The notes under the pieces were generated by a model that did no database searches, was not told where the DNA came from, and was given only the letters and a program-made list of their open reading frames with translations. A stretch of DNA of 63,785 nt, filler included, from Bipalium vagum (taxonomy: Eukaryota), in assembly GCA_037834085.1 (NCBI GenBank). It is 3 parts of 3 records of this genome, joined end to end, with 100 filler letters (N's around TTAATTAATTAA, not from the genome) between each part and the next. Parts side by side here need not be neighbours in the genome. Positions count along the whole stretch, not along the records: positions 1 to 27,078 come from JBBMKC010107861.1; 2 more parts are not named here. One strand, 5' to 3'. Below are positions 1 through 21,330 of this stretch, one piece after another; the stretch's first letter is position 1; each line of letters begins with the position of its first letter. The position numbers and the translations under genes are program-made.

Positions 1-910
1 GGAGAATCAGCCTCCATAAGCTCTTGCTCTTTTGGCTCCTTTGTGGGTTTAGAATTGTTGCTGATTGGTGCTGGGACTTCTTTTTCTATGGATCCCAACA
101 GTAAATACTATTTTTGTAACATAATATTACTTTAAATTTTTATTCTAAAAACTAATTTTTATCTTAAAATTCATTTAAGTAATAGTAATAATAGAAATAA
201 TATTTTTAAAATAATTGTTTTATTTTAAAAGATTATTTATTTTATATTTTTGGGAAATTTTCTTACAATATAATAAAATTAACAAAATAAAATAAACAAA
301 TTTTTTCAATTACAACCTTTGTCAATTGAAAAATAAGTATGAAATTGTTAGGGATATGTATAAGTTTCAATCCTTTTAAGACAAAAAATTCTTATTAATA
401 TATAAAAAAATAACATGGTACATTTAATAAAAATATTTTCTATCATTATTAACAACTTTTTCCATCTTTCAGGCAAAAGATGTATACCCAGATGAAAATG
501 GTCTTTTGGTTTGAAATGAATAAAATTAATAATAAAATTCTGCATCTATTCAACATTGCTAAAGTGTATATTGTAAAAACTAATTTTTGTAAGGAGTCGA
601 AGTCAATGTCAATATTGTCAAAGAGGAAAAGAAATTAGAGTTATCAGAGTCATCAAAATGTTATTTACATTTATTTTGCATATGCTGATAATTAAGCATG
701 ATATGATGTAATAATTTATTTATATAATGGATTTTGATGATGGTTAATTTATTGGTTAAATAAATTAATTTTTTTAATAACAATAAAAATGTTTTGTAAA
801 AATAAAAATGATGAAAAAAGTAATAAATATAATACCAAGAGCATATCCAATTGACAATTTATCGTCGGATTGAGCTGAAGGTTTGGAAACTGAAAGTCTG
901 AGTTGAAAAT
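1..910 (-). CDS. Two putative internal exons (910-836 and 85-<1) of an unidentified protein-coding gene running off the window start
   Basis: Both exons follow an AG acceptor, and the first ends at a GT donor. Phases match (1/1) and the joined frame is open: xFQLRLSVSKPSAQSDDKLSIGYAL-EKEVPAPISNNSKPTKEPKEQELMEADS. GC is higher than the flanks. No family recognised; upstream exons unresolved. Confidence 0.45.
400..700 (-). mobile_element. Mariner transposase 3' relic
   Basis: ORF 348-545 contains KPKDHFHLGIHLLPERWKK, matching the mariner C-terminal pattern KPxxFxxxGIxxLPERWxK. Confidence 0.5.
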
Positions 911-1162
911 CTAAAAAAGAAATGAAATAAATATAATTGTAAAAAAATAATAATAAAATTACTTGGTTCTGAAAAAAGTGAGAATGAATAGATATTAAAA
1001 TAAAGACACTCTGTCAATAAACAAAATAAATAACAGGCTGCAAAAAATAATAACTTACAGTGCTGAAAAAATTCATGTTCACACTCAAATAATATAACAA
1101 AATAATAGAAAACTTGATATTTATTTATTTTTATATAACAATATTCAAACATTTAATATTAG

Positions 1163-1275
1163 TATACAAAAAACTGGAATTTCGCATGCACCGTCAATAT
1201 TTTGTTTGCAGACCTTTGGATGCAATAACTGCCCGTACACGTCGTGGCATGGACTGCGCTAAGTTCCGGGTTATA
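1163..1275 (-). mobile_element. Tc1 transposase extreme 3' end fragment
   Basis: Minus strand reads SMPRRVRAVIASKGLQTKY*, the canonical Tc1 C-terminus (SMPRRxxAVIxAKGxxTKY). Confidence 0.7.
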
Positions 1276-1849
1276 ATAACATATATACCAATAATAAAAA
1301 TAATACACGCATATTATAATAAATAGTAATAATATATAATGAAAATAATATAATTAAATAATAAAATGTATAATGTATAAATTACAACACAATTGACAAC
1401 ATTAGGATGACTCCAATACAAAAATTGGTAGCCAAAAAATTAATTGATCTTTTAAAAAATTCTTAAGCTTAATAGTTTATTATAACTATTAACACTAAAA
1501 GTAAAAGAAAGAAAAAATTTAAAGAAAATAGTTTATTATAACTCAAAATTAAACAAAGAAAATATTTGAATGAATTAATACATTCACAGTAATTAATTAA
1601 AAATATTAAACAAAACGTGAATATTATTTCCCGTCTCTGCTTTTGTTAAAAATTTTAATATTTATAATTCTTTTTTTTGTTTTTATTCCCGCCAATTATG
1701 GTTTGATAAACTAGTTATCAGATTCAATATTTTTACTTCAGAGCGTCTGGACATTTCCTCGTGTAGATTAAACTCTCCTTTAAATAAGAAAATTAATTTT
1801 AAAAATTTTAAAAGATAAATAAATAAATAATCTGTTTCATTTAATCTGT

Positions 1850-2240
1850 TACTGTGATCAGTACACTACCTTCACAGGTTTAAAAAATGAGTCAGATAAA
1901 AAATTAATAAATTTTATCATCCCACGTCCACCAAAACTTAACAGGCGGACTAGATAGAAATCCCTGAAGCAATATCCAGAGATTATGTGGGTGTGATAGA
2001 ATTTCCTATTTTAATTCCATCAAAATTTCCTTTGTAATTAATTTCATATGTGCTCTGTCATTGTTATGCAGAAGAAGCACTATGTTTTGTTATTTTACAA
2101 AATATGGTCGTTTAACATTTAATTTCTCGTTCAACTGTCTCAATTGTTGACCTTATAATTTCGCAACAACCGTCTCAGATGGTTTTAAGAGTTCAGCTTT
2201 AGCTTTCCTTACATATTCCACTAGATACACAATAATATGA
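1850..2240 (-). mobile_element. Degenerate mariner (catalytic-domain half)
   Basis: Minus strand reads ELLKPSETV...QQLRQLNEKLNVKRP...VLLLHNNDRAH...EILSHPH*SLDIA, i.e. decayed HDNARPH and HPPYSPDLAP motifs with stops and frameshifts. Confidence 0.65.
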
Positions 2241-2631
2241 TAGATAACTTTTTATAATGTCATTACAAGAATTTAGAACTATGAGTTTTAATTTTATTTA
2301 TTAATTAATGGTATATTTAGATAGATGGAATTTGTATGGAAGAAATTGAATTCATTATGCAGAAAAAATTAATAATGAAAAAAATTATTATTATATAAAT
2401 AAACTGAACTCTAAACTTCTTAATTTTAAATATATAATTATTTTGAAAAAAAATTATTAAAAAAATTAAAATGCTAAAGAAATGACATTTGGTCTTTTAA
2501 AATTTATTAAACATAAAATATTTAACATTATTCATACTTAAGTACGTGACCTTCAGTTTGTTTATTCCTCTTGATTTCAATCTAAGTAAACAAAAACAGT
2601 TTGTCATTAGTTTTATTAATAATTGCAAAAT

Positions 2632-13164
<10,533 letters not shown>

Positions 13165-14109
13165 CGGGCTACTGGTTCACCAGCTTAATTCGAATAACAT
13201 TGTCTATTTGAACAATATCCCATCATTCGATTGTAATTTTCAATTTCCAGTGCTTGTTTCTTTTTTTTTAATTTATGAAATATTGACTGGTAGCTGGAAT
13301 ATTTATTTATTTATTTGAATATTAATAATAATGATAGAATAAAATTGACCAAGCCCATTTTATAAATATTTTAATTGATAGTGTTTTTCTTTAGATGCAT
13401 GAATTTATCACTATATTCCCATTTAAGAATTTTGTTTAGTAATTTAATATATTTTATTTATATTGATTGAATATTTTTTCAAATTGACCAATGAAAATGA
13501 TTATATCATTTTTATGTTTTACTGAAAGAGAATAATTTTTCACACGACAAAAATGTATGGATTGATAAAATAGCACTGGAAAACCAAAACAGAAAATGTC
13601 ACCAAATATTCTGAATTTTAATTTGGTGCATGATTTTATCACTTTATTCATTCCTAAATGTCCGGATGAGTGAAAATTATTCGATCATAATTGGTGACCT
13701 TCCACATGTAAATATGTCTTATTAGCAATTTTATCAAGCTTTATATTTTCTACTAATAATACTGAAATAATTGTAAAATGCTAACCAGTTAATCATACGT
13801 AATGTTTAATTTATTATTTTAATGATTTATTTATCTTTTATTGGTTTTTTCAAGTGAAAATGAAGAAAAATCATTAATTTATGAAATAAATATAAGTTGA
13901 ATTTGACCTGGATCATTTGAACATTAGTTGAGAAATTTCTTAAGATTAATAAGAAAATATAGGTGAAAATCAGGAAAATGTAAATTACTCGTAATAATGT
14001 AATGTCAATCTAGTTAAAAATTCTTTTAAGGAAACTGTTTAATTAAAAATATTAAGTAACAGAATATGCCAAATATTTCGAATATAATAATTATTTAACT
14101 AGTTTGACG

Positions 14110-15010
14110 TATACTTATCCAGAAAAAAGTACTACAACATAAAACGAGATTTCAATAAAACAATTGTATTAGTCATCATGTAAGCAATTCTTATTTGACA
14201 TAATCAGTATGACCTTTTGTCAATACAATTTCTGTTGCTCTATTAGTCCTTTGATAATTTGTTCTTTTGTAGTTGCTATATGATTATAATTTTGTTTGAC
14301 ACCTCGAACAAGATCATCCCAAGAATTTTCAATAGGTAAAATATCAGGAAATCATTCTGGCTTTGGGAGGACTGGTACATTTCTTTCACACAAAGTTTCT
14401 CTCACTATTTTTGCAGTGTGCGGCCTTGCATTATAATGCACAAGATTGTGTTTTACAGTAATGTGCTGCCTGAAAATTTCATTAAGATATCGTACATCAA
14501 TTAATGAACCATCAATAATAACTGGAGCTGTTTGGCCTTCACACCATATAACGCTTCCAAAACCATGCCGATCATAGTTTTTGAATACAGCAATCGAAAA
14601 CATCTCATTTTACAGTTGTCTTCCTCATATTCGACCACCGTTGAAATATAGTGTGAAGTGTTATTTATCTGTACATAAAACAGATCTCTATTGTTCAGAA
14701 GTCAATTCTAAAAGTTCCTTTATCCAGGTTTAACAATTTATCATATGAATAATACTAAGTGGAATCTTCACAACATAAGAACTTATAAAGAAGTTTTAAA
14801 TATTCAAGAAATTCAACATAACTATACGTTTTTTAACTTAAAAATTGTGACGGAAAAGTTTAAGATAGGATGTTATAATGTTGAAAGTTAATAGCTTTAC
14901 TATATACGATATGTAAAGTCTGTAACACCAAAAATTTGAGTTTATTAATGAATAGTAATTATAAAGAAACAAGAAAAATGAATTGAAGTGAGCATAACTT
15001 TTCGAATAGT
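14110..15010 (-). mobile_element. Degenerate Tc1-like transposon
   Basis: GSVIW...IIDGSLIDVRYLNEI...HYNARPHTAK...PVLPKPE*FPDILPIENSWDDL is a decayed DD34E domain (DNARPH; WPxxSPDLNPIENxW). Confidence 0.78.
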
Positions 15011-15050
15011 TTCAGCCACATGAATCGAAAATAATACAACGTTTTCACCT

Positions 15051-15147
15051 CTATTTTGCCAAAGTTAAGGTTATTTTTAACATTGTAAAGATCTATTTTG
15101 ACAATGTAAAGTTTAATTTTGACATCGTAAAAGTCTATTTTGACAAA
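15051..15147. repeat. About 20-bp subterminal direct repeats (about 5 copies, core TATTTTGACA) at one end of the IS630-like element
   Basis: ctattttgccaaagttaagg / ttatttttaacattgtaaaga / tctattttgacaatgtaaag / tttaattttgacatcgtaaaag / tctattttgacaaa. Confidence 0.7.
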
Positions 15148-15630
15148 ATTTTAATTACAACAGATATATGTTCATAACGTTAAAAAATCAAAAACTTCAG
15201 ACAGAAATTCATTTATTCATTAATAATTTCCTTGTTCAAACATTGGAATGTATGAAGCCATATTGCGATAGAAACCAGAGCAATCCTCACTTGTAATAAG
15301 CCTTGACCCATTATTTATAAGTTCCAATAATGATTCTTCATTTTCTGGTCTCTCTTCTTGTATAAATTCCTTCAATTTTGAAGAAAAATTTTTAATGTGG
15401 TTTTAAAAAGGTGAGTATGGGAGTAACAATAATAAACTGAAACCGTTTTCTTCTATCAATTTCCGTATTCTTGTAGTTTTATGGAAAGGAACATTGTCAT
15501 TATTAAAACCAATTTCGTATACATATTGTGGAGACTCACATCAATAACAACAGCAAAAAATCCATCAAATTCAATAGCAGCAAAACCTTCAGTTCCATCC
15601 AAATCATCAACAATAAACATTTCAAATATA

Positions 15631-16545
15631 TTAGGTTGGTGCAAAAATAATTTCGTTTTAGTTATAAAAGTAGAAATCTCATAACTCAATGGAAAATAAA
15701 CTTTATGAATCAAAATAATTTCCATGCGAGTCAATATATTTCTGCCAACGAGTGATGAGTTTATTTATGCCTTTCGAATAAAAGTCTTTTTTCCTGGAGG
15801 CAACAAACTCATCAAAGGCCATTACAGCATTGGCTCGGATTTTGAAGCACCTATTGACCAAGAAATTATCCAGAGTCTTAAAGAAATGGAAATATGTTGG
15901 CGAGAGGTCTGGCGAATATGGAGAATTAGTCAAAATCTCGTAGCCCAAATTGCTTATTTTCTGCAATGTTGTTTGTGCGATGTGTGGGCGTGCTTTGTCC
16001 TGCAAAAGAATTGGACCTTTTCTATTGACCAGTTCCGGACAGATGACTCGAAGTTTCCTATGCATTTCGTCTATTTGCTGTAATAGTTTCGCCCGGATTG
16101 TGGAACCTGTGATAGATCGGACCGGTCATGGACCACCAAACAGTCACCATAATTTTTTTAGGGTGCAAATTTGGCTTTGGGAAATGTTTCGGAGTTTCAT
16201 TTCTATCCAACCATTGTGCCGAACGTCGCCGATTTTACCAGAAAATCCATTTCTCATCACACGTCACGATTCGATTGAGAAATGGGTCGCGATTGTTGCG
16301 CAAAAGCAGAGAGGATGTTACTTCGAAACGACGATTTTTTGTTTTTCGTTTAGGTCATGGGCACTCACTTATCCATCTTTTTCACCATTTCAATCTCGTC
16401 TAAGTGACAAAGTGCTGTTGCATGATCAACTGCAAGTTCCGCTTTGACTTCCCTTGTGGGTTTTGATGAATTAGTTCGATTATCTTTTTTAATTTATCAT
16501 TGTCAACTTTACGTGAACGACCGCGCCATCCTCATCTTCAAGGGT
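15631..16545 (-). mobile_element. Mariner, cecropia subfamily (Hsmar1-like), 5'-truncated and disrupted
   Basis: TA followed by TTAGGTTGGTGCAAAAATAATTTCGTTTT closely matches the Hsmar1 terminal repeat. Translation MHRKL...LVNRKGPILLQDKARPH...PYSPDLSPTYFHFFKTLDNFL...GINKLITRWQK, with IVTCDEKWI and VTVWWS upstream. Confidence 0.93.
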
Positions 16546-17049
16546 ATCCTTAATAAGGGTATCCACATAATAAATAACGAAACTTGTTTTATACGTAAAA
16601 CAAAGTTTCAGTTGATTCGATAATAAATAAAATTCATATTAATTATATTTTAACTTGTCTTATAACTAAGACAAAGTTTTGTTTATTTTTAAATAATTTA
16701 TAAAATTCTTTATAAAATCTTTGTGGTCAAACTTGTTTTGTAGGGAAAACAAAATTTGATTTTAATATAAGTTAAGTTAATACTCAGGCCAGGACCTAAG
16801 GATCAAATAATTTTTTTTATTTTCCATTCCTTTTTCCGTTTTCATTTTTTAACTCACACGCTAAGTAGGGCAAAAATTAAAAAAGTAAAATTAAAGCCTT
16901 AATTTTAATATTCATCAAGAACGATCATCACCAACATTTTTAAAAATCCCTCTTTTTAATAAAAATATAATTTTAAAAATTTGAATTCGATTTTATTATT
17001 TGCGTTTGATTTTTTTAGACCTTAACATTAAAAATTTTAAACCTTAATA

Positions 17050-17120
17050 TAAAAGCAACCTTCGCCGTTAAGTCCTAATAACCATTGTTTTTAGCTCTAC
17101 CTTTCATAAATTAGGAACTT
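17050..17120 (-). mobile_element. Merlin/ISXO2-like transposase fragment
   Basis: Minus strand FMKGRA / KQWLLGL resembles Merlin KYxRGR...QWVFG. Confidence 0.33.
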
Positions 17121-17244
17121 AACCATATTTTTTAAGCACACCTAATAGTTTTTCTATATAATCAAAAAAAGTGATCATTAAAAAGACGAATTTGAGCAAC
17201 ATAATAAAAAAATTCCTATTCATTGCACAGCAACAGATACCCTA

Positions 17245-18423
17245 CCCTGCCAAAAGTCTTCGACCACTTAGTAAATATTTCGAAAATTTAATTTAATTTA
17301 AATATAAATATGATTTTTGCTTGCCTACTTTTTATTCTACTTTGAAGATTTATAACCTATTTTTAATTAATGTGTATGGAGTTAGATTTATTTGAATGAG
17401 GAAAAATTGTTGGATATCACCTGTATGGAAAATCTACCAGAGAGATATCAAAGATTACTGGCCATCAACGCTCAACTATTCAGTCTTTTCTAGTGAAGTA
17501 CAATCGAGATGGTACTATTCAGTCAAATTCAAGAGTTGAAGGACACCATTGTTGAAAGAAATAGATTGGTAAGGATTGTCAAAAGAAATTGACGCAAGTC
17601 ACTACTACAGATCACAATAGATTACAACACTGGTGCTGAACAAACTGCTATTGTCAGGACTATACAACACAATCTTCATAAGCTTGGATTTCATGGTCGA
17701 GCAGGTGTTCGGAACCCCTCCATACTAAAAAGAACAGAAAGCGACACCTTAAGTGGTTTAAAAAGAGACAAAACTGGACGTTGGAACAATAACACAGACT
17801 GGTTTGGAGTGATGATTCACGTTTCACTTTATTTCGAAGCAATGGAAGAATTTTGTTGTGGAGGAGAGATAATGAAAAATATATAGTTGAGTGCCAGCTG
17901 CCAACTGTTAAACATTCAGTTATGTTCTGGGGTTGCAGTATTGCAAATAACCTTGGCCCTTTGGTAAAATGTAGTAACTCCATGAAGTCTGCAGAATACA
18001 ACGCCATCCTTAATTCAAATATGTTACCTTTTATAGATAATTTGGTAGAATCAATTTTCCAAGATGACTTTCACCTGTACATACCGCTTGAATCAGTGAA
18101 ACGTTCTTGTTGGAATCCAACATTTCAACCATTCAGTAGATACCGCAAAGTCCAGATCTTAATCCCATTTAATGGCTTTGGGATGAGGTGGAAAGGTGGA
18201 TTCGATGAAAACTTACAAAGCCTACCTCTCTAGTTTATTTGGAACAATTAGTTAGTGGACAGTATGCCTCACCGAGTAAAGTTGTGGTAAGACGAAAGGT
18301 TCTACACCATATTAAATATTATTTTATATTTATTTATTCTATGTATCCTCCTTGTAAACTTATATAAATGAATGGTTTTATATTTTTTTGTTTATTATAT
18401 AATGTTTTTACTTGGAGGCAGGA
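17245..18423 (+). mobile_element. Tc1-like transposon, about 1.18 kb, disrupted ORF
   Basis: Termini TA-CCCTGCC and GGCAGGA-TA. Motifs LVWSDDSRF, PTVKHSVMFWGC, IFQDD and PQSPDLNPI, with an HTH region upstream. It interrupts the IS630-like element between INI and SV/CAM. Confidence 0.88.
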
Positions 18424-18862
18424 TATGTTTATTGATATTAAAGATTGGACAACCTGAATAGGTGTTTTCCTTTAAAACATCGGTCTATCTTATCTCCCAT
18501 GCTTACATTAAACCCAAGTTCATCAATAAAAATACGTTACTTTTAGAAACTTGAGAAGGAAATTTAATAAATTCTTGTGCATAGCAAAATCTTTATATAT
18601 ACATGTATGTTATTGCATGCATCATTTCTTTTTTCTGGAATATTATGCACTTGCTTCAAGGTATAATTAAAATCTAATATAACATTGTTGATTGTAGTCT
18701 TTGAAACCGTTACATTGCATTCTTTCAAACATTTATCTGCAAATTTGGTTAAAGAGACCGAACAGTCTTCATCAATCCATCCTTTAATAACATTTAGCTA
18801 TTCAGCCGATAATTTTTTCAAAATAAACTTAACTTTGTCAAAATAGAAGTGAAATGGTTTAA

Positions 18863-19145
18863 AGGTGCTTCATAAACCAACCCCGTGCAAAAAAGCTTAT
18901 CCAGAAATTTTTCTTCACAAAAAAATTGTAGTTTCAGTCGATCTTTAACTCACGAGATCAACCTGAACACCTTCATCCCAGACCAACTAACTGTCCTGAA
19001 AAACCCCACGTCGATCTTTTTATCAAACAGAAATTACGCAAACTTAACTTTTTTTAAAAACTTTTTTACTAACTCAAATTAGACCTTGTCTGAAGAAAAC
19101 AATTCTTTTATCAAAATCGAGAATTAAGTTAAACTAAGCCTGGTA
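18863..19145 (-). mobile_element. Merlin/ISXO2-like internally deleted relic
   Basis: Minus strand LVGLG..GVQVD and VKDR.ETT resemble Merlin IGGxGxxVQIDE and VxDRxxxTL. Confidence 0.33.
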
Positions 19146-19305
19146 TTTGGTTGTAATACATTTTGATACATATTAACCTAAAAATTTTGGAAGAGATGAT
19201 TTTACCATTTCAATAAAATTTCCATAAAATATATTTCACTTTTAAACAGTTTTACTGTAATGTATAGAAATGCTTAATTCATTTACAGATCAAAACAGAA
19301 TATAT

Positions 19306-20441
19306 TTATTTATCCTTTTTTTCTTTGAGGCGCGCGGCTAGCTCTCTTTTCCTCTTGACGACCTTGGCATGTTTCTCTTTGCTTGTCAGTTTTGGCTCTT
19401 CAAAAACACCGGGAACCTTCCTAGAGAATCGTGACTGCTCCCACTGGTGTTTGACATGCTGATACAGCCTCATAGTGACCTGCGCGTCGATTACTGAGTC
19501 GTGCTCTCCTTCTTGAATAGTTGTCCCGAGCAACTTGGAGCTCAACATTTTCAAACTGGGTGTTCTTCCATTGGACTCTTTGACGAACAATTTATACTTG
19601 CTTGTGTCACGAATCAGTTTTCTAGGATGGTCAAGAAAGAGTGCCTGAACATTTCAATTAATTTTGTACAGATCAAAAACATGAGCATGTTGAGCTCTCA
19701 ACAGTTTCTTAAGAAACATCTTATCTTTTAAACAACTTTGAAAAGCAAAATATTAAAAAAATATATCTTTCTACCTTGAGGTCATTGACAATAGCGTGCC
19801 CCACCACAATTCTGTCTTTCATCAATTTTGCGGTTTTCTCACATACCGTTTTGAGATCAAGTGCTGATTTAGATCTCAAATGTTCTGGTAAAATACCGCT
19901 AACGTGAGTTCTGTAATCAACAACTTCTTCAACAGGTTTCACATAAGCATCGAGAAGAACGTGTCCATTTTCGTTTACTATAGAAACTCTCGCCAACATA
20001 TTGTTCTTACCCTCCCATCCAGTTCCGACAAATTCACAGTCAATTGCTATAGCTTGAGTAACCCTAAAATTGAAATAAAATATTCTTCGACCTATTAATA
20101 TTTCAACCCTTTATATGAATTGGGTTTAATTAGACCTTTAGCAGAACATTGATTGTTCATTATTGAGTCCAAAATTGCGGGATCGTTTGATTCATTAAAC
20201 CATAAGTCAGACACCTTGCATGGTTTATTCACACTAGTAGATTTTAATTGTCATCTAGAATAATATAAGTCTACTAACTTTTTTTCAATCTTGGTGGACT
20301 AAATATAGTATGAAATCAAAATAAAACTAAAATAGATTTACTAATGAGTTTTTAACTTTGTGTTCAGGATTTTTAGATCCAGTATTGCCTATAGAAAATA
20401 AATTTCGAATTTTAATTAATGCACAATTTACTTTTACTCAT
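19306..20441 (-). CDS. REXO4: RNA exonuclease 4 (DEDDh 3'-5' exonuclease), about 276 aa; exons 20441-20432, 20388-20342, 20298-20279, 20233-20108, 20063-19775, 19644-19306
   Basis: Motifs AIAIDCEFVG...LARVSIVN...DYRTHVSGI...IVVGHAIVNDLK...HPRKLIRDTS...PSLKML...IQEGEHDSVIDAQVTMRLY, plus DLWF upstream. All introns are GT-AG (43, 43, 45, 44, 130 nt) and exon lengths sum to 831 nt, in frame. The three small 5' exons are less certain. Confidence 0.93.
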
Positions 20442-20949
20442 TTCATACAATAATTATTTAAACAAAGTTTTAAAGAGATTCTAATTAAAAAAATAAAATA
20501 TTCAAAATTCAAATCATAATTAAATTGTTAGAAAACTTCAAAATTTATTCCTTTTATTCACTAATTCAAAAAAAGAATGTTGGTGAACAATAGAAATTAA
20601 GTGATTTTTGTTTATTGCTAAAATTTAATGTTTAAAAATTAAAAATAACCGAGTTTCAAAATTTTCTATAAGGCATAATTTCAAAATTTCACTTCAAATG
20701 ACTCAGCAATCATAAGTAGTAAATTATAAATTTAATAGTAAGCATAGTTCATCAGTTTCATACTAATTTTAGAATGATTGTCTATTAGTTTCAAATAATA
20801 TAGAGACAGGAACCGGTTCGTTGAGTATTCAGGGTATTACGCTCTTTAAAAAACTTCTGTCCCAAAAAAGTCTCAAAAGTTGCATGGTATTAACCGAGTT
20901 TTAACCATATTATATTAAACGACTTTATATTGAAACTTTAAACTACTGA

Positions 20950-21330
20950 AGACTTGTATAGATCGAGAGATGAAATGAAATCCATTATAATTGAAGCACG
21001 TTATTGTTTTGAATGATAATAAACTGTTGAAGACATTCAGTATATAAGAAAGTGTTCGATGGTTGTATGACTCATATTTAAAAGGAATGCAGAAAATACC
21101 AATTGTTGATTTTCACGTAAACCTCGAATAATAGAGATATTATGAAGATACCTTATGAAACTGGTAAATCAACTTCCAGATGTACTCTGACGTAGCCTAT
21201 ATGTAGACTGATGACCGGATTCACTCTGAATACAATGTCTATTCAGAAGACAAGCTTCACGACTTCGATCTTTCTAGTAGCCAGCTTGCAGTAATTACCT
21301 CAACCTTATTATGATTGTTGTAAATCGATT
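20950..21330 (+). mobile_element. Tc1 N-terminal (HTH) relic
   Basis: RKPRII..RYLMKLVNQLP...LHDFDL resembles Tc1 GRPR...DRxLxxxVxxxP...RRLHxxGL. Confidence 0.4.

Larger units (their letters stand above)
15035..18862 (-). mobile_element. IS630-like (DD34E) transposon, split by nested insertions
   Basis: Imperfect terminal inverted repeats of about 35-40 bp (ttcacctctattttgccaaagttaaggttatttt at about 15044 versus the reverse complement of about 18820-18853). Colinear minus-strand transposase pieces: RFCYAQEF...IFIDELGFNVSM (18480-18585), CAMNRN...DYIEKLLGVLKKYG (17122-17238), LVLIM/DNVPFHK...LLPYSPF*NHIKN...ITSEDCSGFYRNM (15230-15520). Confidence 0.72.

Noticed and set aside
19538-19698. 11-bp inverted repeat between REXO4 intron 5 and exon 6 (GAGCTCAACAT/ATGTTGAGCTC)
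   Set aside because: Short, partly self-palindromic and within chance expectation.
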